Made by a program: the position numbers and the translations under genes. Shown piece by piece: positions 35,526 to 44,517 of a stretch of 45,682 bases of DNA; position 1 is the first letter of the stretch; each line of letters opens with the position of its first letter. Source of the stretch: Nitrospirota bacterium (GTDB lineage: Bacteria > Nitrospirota > Nitrospiria > Nitrospirales > NS-4); the NCBI GenBank assembly GCA_005877505.1, contig VBOO01000001.1, positions 1 to 45,682 on the forward strand, given 5' to 3'. A model generated the notes under the pieces. It was not told where the DNA came from and searched no databases. It saw nothing but the letters and a program-made list of their open reading frames with translations.

Positions 35526-36304
35526 TACACTGGCCTCACCGGAATGCCGCGGGACTTCAGATAGTCCTTGGCCTCGCGGATCGTGTATTGCCGATAGTGG
35601 AAGATCGAGGCCGCCAGCACGGCGTCCGCCTTGCCCACCGCAAACCCCTCGTAGAGATGCTCGAGCGTGCCCGCGCCGCCGGACGCGATTACCGGAATCT
35701 CGACAACCTCCGCCACGGCGGCAGTGAGCGCGAGGTCGTACCCCGCCTTGGTCCCGTCCTGATCCATGCTGGTGAGCAGAATCTCCCCCGCACCGAAAGA
35801 AGCCATCCGCCGCGCCCACTCGACGGCATCCTGCCCCGTGGGCCGCCGGCCGCCGTGCGTATATACTTCCCAGCCTCCGCCAGGCAGCTTCGCGTCGATT
35901 CCTGCACGCTTTGCGTCTATGGCCACGACGATGCACTGCGTGCCGAAGCGCTCCGCCGCCTGCCGGACGAACTCCGGGTCCACGACGGCCGCCGTGTTGA
36001 TGCTCACCTTGTCGGCACCGGCTCTCAATAGATCTCGGATATCGTCGAGAGTCTGGACGCCGCCTCCCACCGTCAGCGGCATGAAGACCTGTTCGGCCGT
36101 GCGGCACACCACGTCAAGGAAGATTTTGCGCTCCTCGTACGAGGCCATAATATCCAGGAAGCACAACTCGTCGGCTCCCTCCCCATCGTAGGCGCGCGCC
36201 GCTTCGACCGGATCGCCGGCGTCCCGGAGGTTGACGAACCCCACCCCCTTGACGACACGCCCTTCCTTGACGTCCAGACAGGGAATGATGCGCTTGGCTA
36301 GCAC
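35525..36304 (-). CDS. hisF: imidazole glycerol phosphate synthase, cyclase subunit
   Basis: [18 protein letters not shown] ... SINTAAV ... IASGGAG HisF signature. GTG start 36302-36304. Confidence 0.95.
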   Translation of the reverse strand: MLAKRIIPCLDVKEGRVVKGVGFVNLRDAGDPVEAARAYDGEGADELCFLDIMASYEERKIFLDVVCRTAEQVFMPLTVGGGVQTLDDIRDLLRAGADKVSINTAAVVDPEFVRQAAERFGTQCIVVAIDAKRAGIDAKLPGGGWEVYTHGGRRPTGQDAVEWARRMASFGAGEILLTSMDQDGTKAGYDLALTAAVAEVVEIPVIASGGAGTLEHLYEGFAVGKADAVLAASIFHYRQYTIREAKDYLKSRGIPVRPV

Positions 36305-36326
36305 CCGAACCTCTCACGCGATAGCC

Positions 36327-36384
36327 TCCCCTCTCCATTGACCCGTTGCATTCAGAAGAGCAACGGGTGCCCCGGGAGAGGGGA
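36327..36384 (+). repeat. nested hairpin: GGGAGAGG-type outer stem enclosing the ACCCGTTGC-N10-GCAACGGGT module
   Basis: Outer arms TCCCCTCTCC (36327-36336) / GGAGAGGGGA (36375-36384) are exact complements. The inner hairpin 36341-36368 has the same stem as in the family-1 MITE. It fills the hisA-hisF gap. Confidence 0.6.
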
Positions 36385-36389
36385 CACAA

Positions 36390-37109
36390 TCAGCTCACGG
36401 CTGCCATCGCCGACCGCAGGTCAAGCACCCCTTCGTAGAGGGCCTTTCCAACAATCGCGCCGATCACCTTCGGCCCCAGCACGTGCAGTTGTCGGAGGTC
36501 CTCGGTTCGCGTGATGCCGCCGGACGCGATCACCGGCACCGGACAGGTCGCCGCCATACGCCGTAGGCCTTCAAGATTGGGGCCCTCCAACATCCCATCC
36601 CGCGCAATATCAGTATAGATCACGGCGTAGACGGCCAGCCCCGCCAAGCAGCCGACAAAGTCTGCAGCGTCCCGATCAGCGACTTCGGTCCATCCCTTCA
36701 CTGCAACCTTGCCCCCCTGGACGTCCACACCGACGAGCACGCGGCCCGGAAAGCGGCCGCAGGCCTTCTCGAGCATGGCCCGATCATGGACGACGGCCGT
36801 CCCGAGGACGACCCGCTCCGCCCCGGAGGAGAGGTAGGCTGAGACCGTCTTCATCGTGCGGATGCCCCCGCCGACCTGGACCGGGATGGACACGGCTTTG
36901 AGGATCGCCTCGATCGCCTTGCGGTTCCGCGGGCTCCCCTCGACGGCCCCGTCCAGATCCACAACGTGCAGGAGCTGCGCGCCTTCGTCCTCCCAGCGGC
37001 GTGCCACGTCCGTAGGGTCCTTCGCATAGACCGTCTCCTCCTGCATCCGCCCTTGGCACAGACGGACGCAGCGCCCGTCCTTCAAATCGATGGCCGGAAT
37101 CACGATCAC
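36390..37109 (-). CDS. hisA: 1-(5-phosphoribosyl)-5-[(5-phosphoribosylamino)methylideneamino]imidazole-4-carboxamide isomerase
   Basis: VIVIPAIDLKDGRCVRL ... HVVDLDGA ... VQVGGGIR HisA motifs. GTG 37107-37109 overlaps the upstream stop (GTGA). The ORF-track N-terminal 61 aa are rejected. Confidence 0.9.
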   Translation of the reverse strand: MIVIPAIDLKDGRCVRLCQGRMQEETVYAKDPTDVARRWEDEGAQLLHVVDLDGAVEGSPRNRKAIEAILKAVSIPVQVGGGIRTMKTVSAYLSSGAERVVLGTAVVHDRAMLEKACGRFPGRVLVGVDVQGGKVAVKGWTEVADRDAADFVGCLAGLAVYAVIYTDIARDGMLEGPNLEGLRRMAATCPVPVIASGGITRTEDLRQLHVLGPKVIGAIVGKALYEGVLDLRSAMAAVS

Positions 37110-37783
37110 GGCGCCGTCTCCGCGACGCCCGCTTTGGTCTGCATCGGCTTGCCCAGAGGAAAGCCGCGCAGCACGTGGTCGACGGCGGAATCCGCCAACT
37201 GCTCGACCCTGAGGTAGCGCGCTCCCCGTTCGAGAAAACCGGAAATGTCCTCGATCATCGGCCGCTGGCGCTCGTAGTAGTCGCCGGTCCACAGGACTTC
37301 GCCGTCCTTCACGCTGACGAGCCGCACGGTGAACCCGACTTCCGCGGCGTCTTCAGGCCGGTCCAGGCCAATCGCGCTGCCCTTTCGTTCCTTGTAGACC
37401 TCCACAGTCCCTTCCAGTACAGCACCCACATTCAACCGTTCCCCGAGCTCGCGGAGCTGCGCGCGGCTGACCACCGCCGCCGGAAGGGCGGGCATGGCCT
37501 CCCGAACAGCGCTGGGCGGTACGACCACGATCCCCTCGCGGGCATTCAGCTTCAGATAGAACAGCTCGGCTAGCTTCTCGGCGGCGACACGTGGCGGCGC
37601 CGGCTCGGCGTATCCGCGTCCTTGCCCCGGCGTCTTCGGCGTGACAATGAAGGGGAGCACCGCGATCCGCACGATGCGGTATTGCTCGAGCTTCGGCGAG
37701 GTGATCACCTCGTTGGTCGTGCCGCCGCATCCGGCCATCGCACCAGCAAGGACGATTGCCAGAGGCAGTCTCGCCGGTCTCAT
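37106..37783 (-). CDS. lipoprotein of unknown function embedded in the his operon
   Basis: ATG 37781-37783 overlaps the hisH stop (ATGA), and its own stop overlaps the hisA start. Signal peptide with lipobox AMAGC. The IAVLPF...VLEGTV pattern is reminiscent of LpoB/TolB-N/DUF799-type lipoproteins (tentative). Confidence 0.7.
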   Translation of the reverse strand: MRPARLPLAIVLAGAMAGCGGTTNEVITSPKLEQYRIVRIAVLPFIVTPKTPGQGRGYAEPAPPRVAAEKLAELFYLKLNAREGIVVVPPSAVREAMPALPAAVVSRAQLRELGERLNVGAVLEGTVEVYKERKGSAIGLDRPEDAAEVGFTVRLVSVKDGEVLWTGDYYERQRPMIEDISGFLERGARYLRVEQLADSAVDHVLRGFPLGKPMQTKAGVAETAP

Positions 37784-38397
37784 GAGAGGCCTCCGAAGTT
37801 CCGAATGATCCGCAGCCCCGCGCTTTGGCTCTTCTCCGGATGGAACTGGCAGGCGAAGATGTTGTCGCGCGCGACGCTGGAAACGAAGGGCCGCCCGTAG
37901 TCGGTCATTGTGCACGCGAGGGACTGATCATCGGGCACGACATAGTACGAGTGGACGAAATACATGAACGCGCCATCGGGCACGCCATCGAGCACGGGGG
38001 AGCGTTTCCTGACCGCGATCGAGTTCCATCCCATGTGCGGCACCTTCATCGGCGTCGCGAAACCCCCGGGCGCAAACCGGACGACCCGGCCGGGAATCAC
38101 ACCGAGCCCCCGGTGCGTGCCGAACTCCTCGCTTTCGCTGAACAGCAATTGGAACCCGAGGCAGATGCCGAGAAACGGCTTGCCGGCGCGAATCGCCCCC
38201 AGGACCGGCTCGACGAGCCCGTACCGCTCCAGATTGCGCATGCAATCGCCGAAGGCGCCCACGCCAGGCAACACCACATGGCTGGCGTCGGCGATCTCCT
38301 TCGGTTCGCGTGTGACCGTGGCGCGGTGCCCAACGGACTCGAAGGCCTTGTGGACCGACTTCAGGTTGCCCATGTCGTAGTCGATGATGGCGATCAT
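37780..38397 (-). CDS. hisH: imidazole glycerol phosphate synthase, glutamine amidotransferase subunit
   Basis: MIAIIDYDMGNLKSV, GICLGFQLL (Cys nucleophile) and FHPEKS motifs. ATG 38395-38397 is preferred; the ORF-track ATG 38424 lies in a 20-bp duplication. Confidence 0.9.
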   Translation of the reverse strand: MIAIIDYDMGNLKSVHKAFESVGHRATVTREPKEIADASHVVLPGVGAFGDCMRNLERYGLVEPVLGAIRAGKPFLGICLGFQLLFSESEEFGTHRGLGVIPGRVVRFAPGGFATPMKVPHMGWNSIAVRKRSPVLDGVPDGAFMYFVHSYYVVPDDQSLACTMTDYGRPFVSSVARDNIFACQFHPEKSQSAGLRIIRNFGGLS

Positions 38398-38404
38398 CGT
38401 TTCC

Positions 38405-38462
38405 GCCTTTTTCTGTACGGGCATGCCTTTTTCTGTACGGGCACGGCGCGCCGTGCCCCTAC
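38405..38462. repeat. REP-like palindrome copy 3 (38435-38462, GTACGGGCACGGCGCGCCGTGCCCCTAC) preceded by a 20-bp-period direct duplication of its left arm
   Basis: GCCTTTTTCTGTACGGGCA occurs at 38405-38423 and 38425-38443. The palindrome has one arm mismatch (C for G at 38438). Confidence 0.75.
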
Positions 38463-38468
38463 CTAATG

Positions 38469-39062
38469 CTATAGGCTGCCTTTCGTTGACAGTACACCCT
38501 TGATCCGTGGATCGAGCGACACCGCCTGGTCCAGGGCCTTGGCCATCGCCTTGAAAACGGACTCCATGATGTGGTGCGGGTTCCGTCCATAGGGCACGTT
38601 GATGTGCAAGTTCATGGCCGCGTGCGTCGCCAGAGCCTGAAAGAAGTCCTCGAAGAGATACAGGTCGAAGCCCTTGATCCGCCGGTGCGGGAGCTTGACG
38701 TTGTAGACGAGAAAGGGCCGGCCACTGAGGTCCACCGTAACCTGCGCCAGCGTCTCGTCAAGCGGCACCCAGGCCGTCCCGAACCGCCGGATCCCCTCCT
38801 TTTTGCCCAACGCCTTCTTGAACGCCTCGCCGAGGGCGATACCGATGTCCTCCACCGTGTGGTGGTCGTCGATGTGCGTGTCTCCGCTGGCCTTGACCGT
38901 CAGGTCGAAAAGGCCGTGCTTGCCCAGCAGGTCCAGCATGTGGTCAAGGAACGGGATCGTCGTGCTGATCTGCCGCTCTCCGGTCCCATCCAGGGCCAAC
39001 CCGATCTTGATCCGGCTTTCGGTGGTGTTCCGCTCGATCGTCGCCCGTCGCGCGGTGCTCAT
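38469..39062 (-). CDS. hisB: imidazoleglycerol-phosphate dehydratase
   Basis: ATG 39060-39062 overlaps the hisD stop. [13 protein letters not shown] and [12 protein letters not shown] motifs. Confidence 0.95.
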   Translation of the reverse strand: MSTARRATIERNTTESRIKIGLALDGTGERQISTTIPFLDHMLDLLGKHGLFDLTVKASGDTHIDDHHTVEDIGIALGEAFKKALGKKEGIRRFGTAWVPLDETLAQVTVDLSGRPFLVYNVKLPHRRIKGFDLYLFEDFFQALATHAAMNLHINVPYGRNPHHIMESVFKAMAKALDQAVSLDPRIKGVLSTKGSL

Positions 39063-40348
39063 CGCATGCGGGCTTCCACGGACAGCGCGTGCGCGCCGAG
39101 CCCCTCCATGTGCGCCAGACGGACGATGTGGTCTTTGGCCTTGGCCAGGTCTTCCTTGGTGTACGAGACGATGTTGGACTTCCTCACATACGTCTCCAGG
39201 GACAGGGCCGAGTGGAAGCGGGCCGCGCCGCCGGTCGGAAGGATGTGGTTGGGGCCGGCCACGTAATCGGCCACCGCCGGGGCCGTGAACCGGCCGATGA
39301 ACAACGCGCCGGCATGACGGACCTTTTCGATGTACTCGAAGGGCTGCTCCACGGAGAGCGACAGGTGCTCCGGGGCAATCTCGTTCGCGAGCGCGATCGC
39401 GTCCTCCATCGTGGGCACGACGAAGGCCATCGCGTTGCGCTCGATGGCGCGGGCGGCGATGGTGCGGCGCGCGAGCCCCCTGAGCTGCTCCTTGACCATC
39501 CGGACGACTTCCTTCGCCAGCGGCGCCGATGTGGTCACGAGCCACACCGCCGCGTTCTCGTCGTGCTCGGCCTCGCAGAGCAGGTCGGCGGCGACGTGGG
39601 CCGGATTGGCCCCGCCGTCCGCGATGACCAGCAGCTCGCTCGGCCCTGCGATCATGTCGATGTCCACAGTCCCGTATACGAGCCGCTTGGCGGTCGCCAC
39701 GAAGATGTTACCCGGTCCGAAGATCTTGTCCACCCGGGGAATCGTCTTCGTGCCGTAAGCCATGGCCGCGATCGCCTGCACGCCCCCGATGCGGTACACC
39801 TCGTCCACGCCGGCGATGTCCGCCGCCACCAAGAGATAGGGGCTGAGCGTGCCTTTGGGCGCCGGCACACACATGATGATCCGCTTCACCCCGGCCACCT
39901 TGGCCGGGATCGCGCTCATCAGCACCGACGACGGGTAGACGGCCTTGCCGCCTGGCACGTAGAGCCCGATCACATCCAGCGGCAGGATCGTCTGGCCGAG
40001 CGTGATGGTGCCGTCCTGCCACATCCAGGTCTGCGTGCGCGGCTTTTCCTTCTCGTGGAAGACCGTGATGCGGTGGGCCGCGTACCGCAGCGAATCGCCT
40101 TCCTCTTTACGGATCTTGTAGTAGGCCTCCTTGATCTCGTCGGGGTTCACCCGGAACTGGCCCGGCTTCAATGAGACCCTGTCGAAGCGGCGGGTATAGC
40201 GGCTCACCGCGGCGTCCCCGCCCCGCTCCACGGCCCTGAGGATCGTCTTCACCGCGGCTTCGACCTTGCCACCGCCCAGGTTGGATCGCGAGACGATCCT
40301 TTTGACGGCCGCCTTGTAGGTCCGATCAGTCGTCGCCAGGATCCTCAT
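39059..40348 (-). CDS. hisD: histidinol dehydrogenase
   Basis: ATG 40346-40348 overlaps the hisG stop. 429 aa with [16 protein letters not shown] and [10 protein letters not shown] motifs. The 692-aa ORF-track product is an upstream extension artefact. Confidence 0.95.
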   Translation of the reverse strand: MRILATTDRTYKAAVKRIVSRSNLGGGKVEAAVKTILRAVERGGDAAVSRYTRRFDRVSLKPGQFRVNPDEIKEAYYKIRKEEGDSLRYAAHRITVFHEKEKPRTQTWMWQDGTITLGQTILPLDVIGLYVPGGKAVYPSSVLMSAIPAKVAGVKRIIMCVPAPKGTLSPYLLVAADIAGVDEVYRIGGVQAIAAMAYGTKTIPRVDKIFGPGNIFVATAKRLVYGTVDIDMIAGPSELLVIADGGANPAHVAADLLCEAEHDENAAVWLVTTSAPLAKEVVRMVKEQLRGLARRTIAARAIERNAMAFVVPTMEDAIALANEIAPEHLSLSVEQPFEYIEKVRHAGALFIGRFTAPAVADYVAGPNHILPTGGAARFHSALSLETYVRKSNIVSYTKEDLAKAKDHIVRLAHMEGLGAHALSVEARMR

Positions 40349-40995
40349 GAGCGTCCTCCCTGCAGCCCCGACCGCAGCGCCTCGATCAAGCCGTTCATCC
40401 GGCGGTACTTCAACTTGAGGCTGGCACGATTGACGATGAGTCGGGCCGTGGATTCCGCAATGACATCCATCACCACCAGGTCGTGCGCGCGCAGGGTGTT
40501 TCCGGTCGAGACCAGGTCCACGATGCGATCCGACAATCCCACCAGCGGGGCGAGTTCCACGGACCCGTACAGCTTGATGATCTCGATGGGAATCCCCTTC
40601 TGCGTGAAGTACCGCTCGGTCACGTTCGGATACTTGGTCGCCACCCGCAACCGTGTCGCGTGCCGGCCGTCCTGCTGGATTTCTGATTTGGGCGCCGCCA
40701 CGACAAGGCGGCAGGATCCGAACCCCAGATCGAGCGGCTCGTAGACGTCTGTCGGCTGCTCCATCAAGACATCCGCGCCGACGATCCCCGCATCCACGAC
40801 TCCGTATTCCACATAGGTGGGGACATCGCTGGGCCTGACGATCATGAGCGTCGTCCCGCTGGCCTGATGCTCGAAGATCAACCGGCGGCTCTCGGGCGAG
40901 ATATCCTTGGGCGCCAAGCCCACGCGTTTGAAGAGGTCGAGCGCGGGCTCCAGCAGCTTGCCCTTGGAGAGGGCGATGGTCAGGGTGTCCTTCAT
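40345..40995 (-). CDS. hisG: ATP phosphoribosyltransferase (short HisG form)
   Basis: LTIALSKGKLLEPAL ... RVATKYPNVTERYF ... DLVSTGNTLRAH motifs. At 216 aa it lacks the C-terminal regulatory domain. Confidence 0.9.
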   Translation of the reverse strand: MKDTLTIALSKGKLLEPALDLFKRVGLAPKDISPESRRLIFEHQASGTTLMIVRPSDVPTYVEYGVVDAGIVGADVLMEQPTDVYEPLDLGFGSCRLVVAAPKSEIQQDGRHATRLRVATKYPNVTERYFTQKGIPIEIIKLYGSVELAPLVGLSDRIVDLVSTGNTLRAHDLVVMDVIAESTARLIVNRASLKLKYRRMNGLIEALRSGLQGGRS

Positions 40996-42254
40996 ATCCG
41001 CTCCGCTTCGCGACGGACCCGCGCTCCCAGACCCGCGAGCTTGGCGTCCAGGCGCTCATAGCCGCGATCCAAGTGATAGACGCGGGACACGCGAGTCTCG
41101 CCCTCGGCCGCCAGGCCGGCCAGGATGAGACAGGCACTGGCCCTCAGATCAGACGCCATGACCGGCGCGCCGCTCAGGCTCTCGACTCCGGTGACGACGG
41201 CGTGGTGACCTTCGATCCTGATGTCCGCCCCCATGCGCTGCAGCTCCAGCACGTGCAGGAACCGGCTCTCGAACACCGTCTCGGCGATCACGCTGCTGCC
41301 GCGGGCAAGCGCCATCAGCGCCATCATCTGCGCCTGCATGTCGGTCGGAAAGCCCGGATAGGGCATGGTCTTCACATCCACCGCCCTGGGCTGTCCGTTG
41401 GCTCGCACCTGGATCGCCTCCTTTTCCACTTTGAGCGCCACCCCGGCCTCCTTAAGCTTGGCGAGCAGGGCCTCGCAGTGGTCGGGCCGGCACCGGACCA
41501 CGCGCACCTCGCCGCCCGTGATGGCTCCCGCGATCAGGTACGTGCCCGTTTCGACACGGTCCGGGACGATCTCATGGTCGGCCCCGCGCAGTTCCGGCAC
41601 GCCGTCGATCGTGATGACCTCCATACCGGCTCCTGAGATCCGCGCGCCCCGCTTGACAAGGAAAGCAGCCAGGTCGGAGACCTCCGGCTCGCGGGCGGCG
41701 TTCTCCAGGACCGTGGTCCCCTCCGCCAGACAGGCTGCCATCATAACATTCTCGGTGCCGGTGACAGTAGGAACGTCGAAGTAGATCCGGGCGCCCTTGA
41801 GCCGCCCGCGGACGCGGGCATGCACGTTGCCGTGCTCGATTCGGATCTCGGCGCCCATCTTCTCCAGCGCGGCGAGATGCAGGTTGATGGGCCGGGCGCC
41901 GATGGCGCAGCCTCCGGGCAGCGCTACAATCGCTTCGCCCCACCGCGCCAGCAGCGGGCCGAGCACCAGAACCGACGCGCGCATCGTCTTGACCAGTTCG
42001 TACGGGGCCTGGCACGAGGCAACCCCAGCCAGCGCGACGGTGTAGCGATCCCCGTGGGCCTCAATGCCCGCGCCCAAGTGGGTGAGGACCTTCGCCATGG
42101 TCAGGACGTCCCGCACATCCGGCACGTTGCTCAGGGCGCAGGTTCCCTTGCCTAACAGCGTGGAGGCCATGATAGGCAGCGCGGCGTTCTTGGCCCCGCT
42201 GATGCTGACCTCGCCAGCCAGACGCCGGCCTCCTTGAATGACCATGCAGTCCAT
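40992..42254 (-). CDS. murA: UDP-N-acetylglucosamine 1-carboxyvinyltransferase
   Basis: ISGAKNAALPIMA..., PGGCAIGARPINLH (active-site Cys loop). ATG 42252-42254 abuts the prmC stop. The stop overlaps the hisG ATG. Confidence 0.95.
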   Translation of the reverse strand: MDCMVIQGGRRLAGEVSISGAKNAALPIMASTLLGKGTCALSNVPDVRDVLTMAKVLTHLGAGIEAHGDRYTVALAGVASCQAPYELVKTMRASVLVLGPLLARWGEAIVALPGGCAIGARPINLHLAALEKMGAEIRIEHGNVHARVRGRLKGARIYFDVPTVTGTENVMMAACLAEGTTVLENAAREPEVSDLAAFLVKRGARISGAGMEVITIDGVPELRGADHEIVPDRVETGTYLIAGAITGGEVRVVRCRPDHCEALLAKLKEAGVALKVEKEAIQVRANGQPRAVDVKTMPYPGFPTDMQAQMMALMALARGSSVIAETVFESRFLHVLELQRMGADIRIEGHHAVVTGVESLSGAPVMASDLRASACLILAGLAAEGETRVSRVYHLDRGYERLDAKLAGLGARVRREAERI

Positions 42255-43114
42255 CAGGCAGCCTTTCTTGCGACAAACACTCGTTCGATGCCGGCCGCAT
42301 CCTTCCGGCACACAAGAGAGATGAATGCGCCCGTCTGTTGCGCCAGGCGCAGCACCTGATCAGCCTGGCCGCACCCAAGTTCCAGTATCAGACGCCCGCT
42401 CGCCTTCAGCAACTCCTGGGCGCCGCTCAGGAGCCGGCGGTGATAGTCCAGCCCGTCCGTTCCGGCCGCCAGTGCCACCCGCGGCTCATACCACGCCACT
42501 TCCGGCTGCAGTGCGTCAAGCTCACGCGCCGGGATATACGGCGGATTGGAGACGATGACGTCGAAGAGGCCGCCAGGAGAAGCCGAAAACGCCGTCAGCA
42601 GATCGGCCCGGACGAACCGGATGCGATCGTACACTCCGTGACGCATCGCGTTGGCCTTTGCGACAGTCAGCGCGGGAGCGGCAATGTCCAGCGCGTACAC
42701 CGTCGCGTCTGAGCGCGCCCGCGTCAGTGACACGGCGATGCACCCCGAGCCGGTTCCCACATCGAGCACCAGCGGCCTTCCGATGTCCCGGACGGCCTGA
42801 AGCGTGGCTTCGACGAGAAGCTCGGTCTCCGGTCGCGGGATCAAAACATCCGGCGTCACCGCCAGCTCCAAGCCGCAGAATTCCTGTGTACCGAGCAGGT
42901 ACTGCAGCGGTTCGCGGGCAGCGCGGCGCCGTATGAGGGTCCAGGCCCGCTCAATCTTCCCAGGGGCGATCACCCGGTCTCCCTCAAAGACCAGCGTAGA
43001 GAGTGGACGCCCCAGGGCGGAAGCGAGCAGCCAGTCGGCCTCTCGGACCGGATCGGCGATCTCGGCCGCCTTCAAAGCCTCCCACGCCTGCCGACGCAAG
43101 GTATTTACCTGCAT
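42254..43114 (-). CDS. prmC: release factor glutamine N5-methyltransferase
   Basis: [15 protein letters not shown] motif and NPPY motif (VSNPPYIP). ATG 43112-43114 overlaps the prfA 3' end by 10 nt. Confidence 0.9.
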   Translation of the reverse strand: MQVNTLRRQAWEALKAAEIADPVREADWLLASALGRPLSTLVFEGDRVIAPGKIERAWTLIRRRAAREPLQYLLGTQEFCGLELAVTPDVLIPRPETELLVEATLQAVRDIGRPLVLDVGTGSGCIAVSLTRARSDATVYALDIAAPALTVAKANAMRHGVYDRIRFVRADLLTAFSASPGGLFDVIVSNPPYIPARELDALQPEVAWYEPRVALAAGTDGLDYHRRLLSGAQELLKASGRLILELGCGQADQVLRLAQQTGAFISLVCRKDAAGIERVFVARKAA

Positions 43115-44202
43115 TTCTCCACCGACTCCAGGGTTCTGCTCGCGGCGTTCAGCGCATCCACGATTTCGTCCAGATCGCCGTCCAGGACCTGATCCAACCG
43201 GTGCAAGGTCAGGCCGATGCGGTGGTCGGTCACCCGGTTCTGCGGGAAGTTGTAGGTGCGAATCTTCTCGCTTCGGTCGCCGGTCCCCACCTGGGACCGG
43301 CGCTGCTGGGCGATCTCGTTCTCCCGCTTTTCCCGCTCCATTTCCATGATGCGGGCCCGGAGATTGCGCATCGCCTTGTTGCGGTTCTTGAGCTGCGACC
43401 GCTCGTCCTGGCACGTCACGACGATCCCCGTGGGGCCGTGCGTGATCCGGACGGCCGAATAGGTCGTGTTGACGCTCTGCCCGCCCGCCCCGGACGAGCA
43501 GAACGTGTCGATCTTCAAATCCTTGGGATCGATCTGGACGTCCACTTCCTCCGCTTCCGGCATGACCGCGACCGTGACGGTGGACGTGTGAATCCGCCCA
43601 CTGGCTTCCGTCGCCGGCACCCGCTGGACCCGGTGCACGCCGCTCTCGTGCTTGAACCGGCTGTAGGCCCCTTTCCCCTCGATCAGGAGGACGGCCTCCT
43701 TCACGCCACCGATCTCGATGACGTTGGAGTCCACCACCTCGATCCGGAAGCGATGCCGTTCGGCATAGCGGGTGTACATGCGAACGAGCTCGGCGGCGAA
43801 GAGCGCGGCCTCGTTCCCGCCGGCGCCGGCTCGGATCTCGAGAAAGGTGTTCTTCTCGTCCCGGGGGTCCTTCGGGATCAACAACTCACGGGCGCGCGAC
43901 TCCAGCTCGACCCGCTTGGCATCCAGTTCCTTGAGCTCGTCGCGGGCCAGTTCCTTGACGCCGGGCTCGCCGCGGGGATCGCGCAGCAGCTCCTCGGCTT
44001 CAACGACGTGCTTGAGCAGGGCGCAGAACTCCTGGTAGAGCTCCGTCTGGGCTACCAGCTCCGCGCGCTCCTTGTTAAGCTTCTGGATCTGGGCCGGCTG
44101 CGCCAAGACCGAGGCATTGGACAACTGACGATCGATTTCCTCCACCCGCTGCGCGGCAGCCTCCAGCTTGGCCAGAAGGAGTGATTCTTTGACGGCGTTC
44201 AT
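43105..44202 (-). CDS. prfA: peptide chain release factor 1
   Basis: [12 protein letters not shown] (PxT-type anticodon-mimic motif) and SGAGGQSVN (GGQ) motifs. ATG 44200-44202 is preceded by GAGGGG. Confidence 0.95.
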   Translation of the reverse strand: MNAVKESLLLAKLEAAAQRVEEIDRQLSNASVLAQPAQIQKLNKERAELVAQTELYQEFCALLKHVVEAEELLRDPRGEPGVKELARDELKELDAKRVELESRARELLIPKDPRDEKNTFLEIRAGAGGNEAALFAAELVRMYTRYAERHRFRIEVVDSNVIEIGGVKEAVLLIEGKGAYSRFKHESGVHRVQRVPATEASGRIHTSTVTVAVMPEAEEVDVQIDPKDLKIDTFCSSGAGGQSVNTTYSAVRITHGPTGIVVTCQDERSQLKNRNKAMRNLRARIMEMEREKRENEIAQQRRSQVGTGDRSEKIRTYNFPQNRVTDHRIGLTLHRLDQVLDGDLDEIVDALNAASRTLESVEKCR

Positions 44203-44220
44203 ACCCCTCGCGTCCCCCTC

Positions 44221-44254
44221 AAAAAACAACAACACCTGCCCCACGGGAGGCAGG
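44221..44254 (-). terminator. intrinsic terminator/attenuator downstream of rpmE
   Basis: Minus-strand RNA CCUGCCUC-CCGU-GGGGCAGG (8-bp GC-rich stem) is followed by UGUUGUUGUUUUUUG. It lies 36 nt after the rpmE stop and 19 nt before the prfA ATG. Confidence 0.55.
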
Positions 44255-44289
44255 CGTTGCCGGGAGTCCTTCTCGAGCCGCTGGGGAAA

Positions 44290-44499
44290 TCAGGCGGTCT
44301 TCTTGCGCACGTACTTCTTTTTGAAGCGCTCCACACGTCCTTCGGAGTCCACGATCTTCTGCGTGCCCGTAAAGAAGGGATGGCAGTTGGAACAGATGTC
44401 CACCTTGATGTCCCCCACCGTCGAGCGGGTCTTGAACTTGAACCCGCACGCGCAACTGACCGTCGCCTCCCGGTAGTCCGGATGAATCTCAGCTTTCAT
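44290..44499 (-). CDS. rpmE: 50S ribosomal protein L31
   Basis: MKAEIHPDY...[10 protein letters not shown]...RFKKKY. Cys-containing (Zn-ribbon) type. Confidence 0.95.
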   Translation of the reverse strand: MKAEIHPDYREATVSCACGFKFKTRSTVGDIKVDICSNCHPFFTGTQKIVDSEGRVERFKKKYVRKKTA

Positions 44500-44517
44500 G
44501 ATGCTCGCCCTCCTCCC

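Noticed and set aside
34839-36107. ORF-track products with long N-terminal extensions: 422-aa hisIE, 692-aa hisD (39059-41137), 358-aa hisB (38469-39545), 386-aa prmC (42254-43414), 374-aa pssA (1688-2812), 300-aa hisA (36390-37292), 269-aa lipoprotein (37106-37915).
   Set aside because: The extensions overlap the upstream conserved gene in another frame and are Arg/Gly-rich. Internal starts coincide with family N-termini and with 1- or 4-nt stop/start overlaps, so the shorter coordinates were used.
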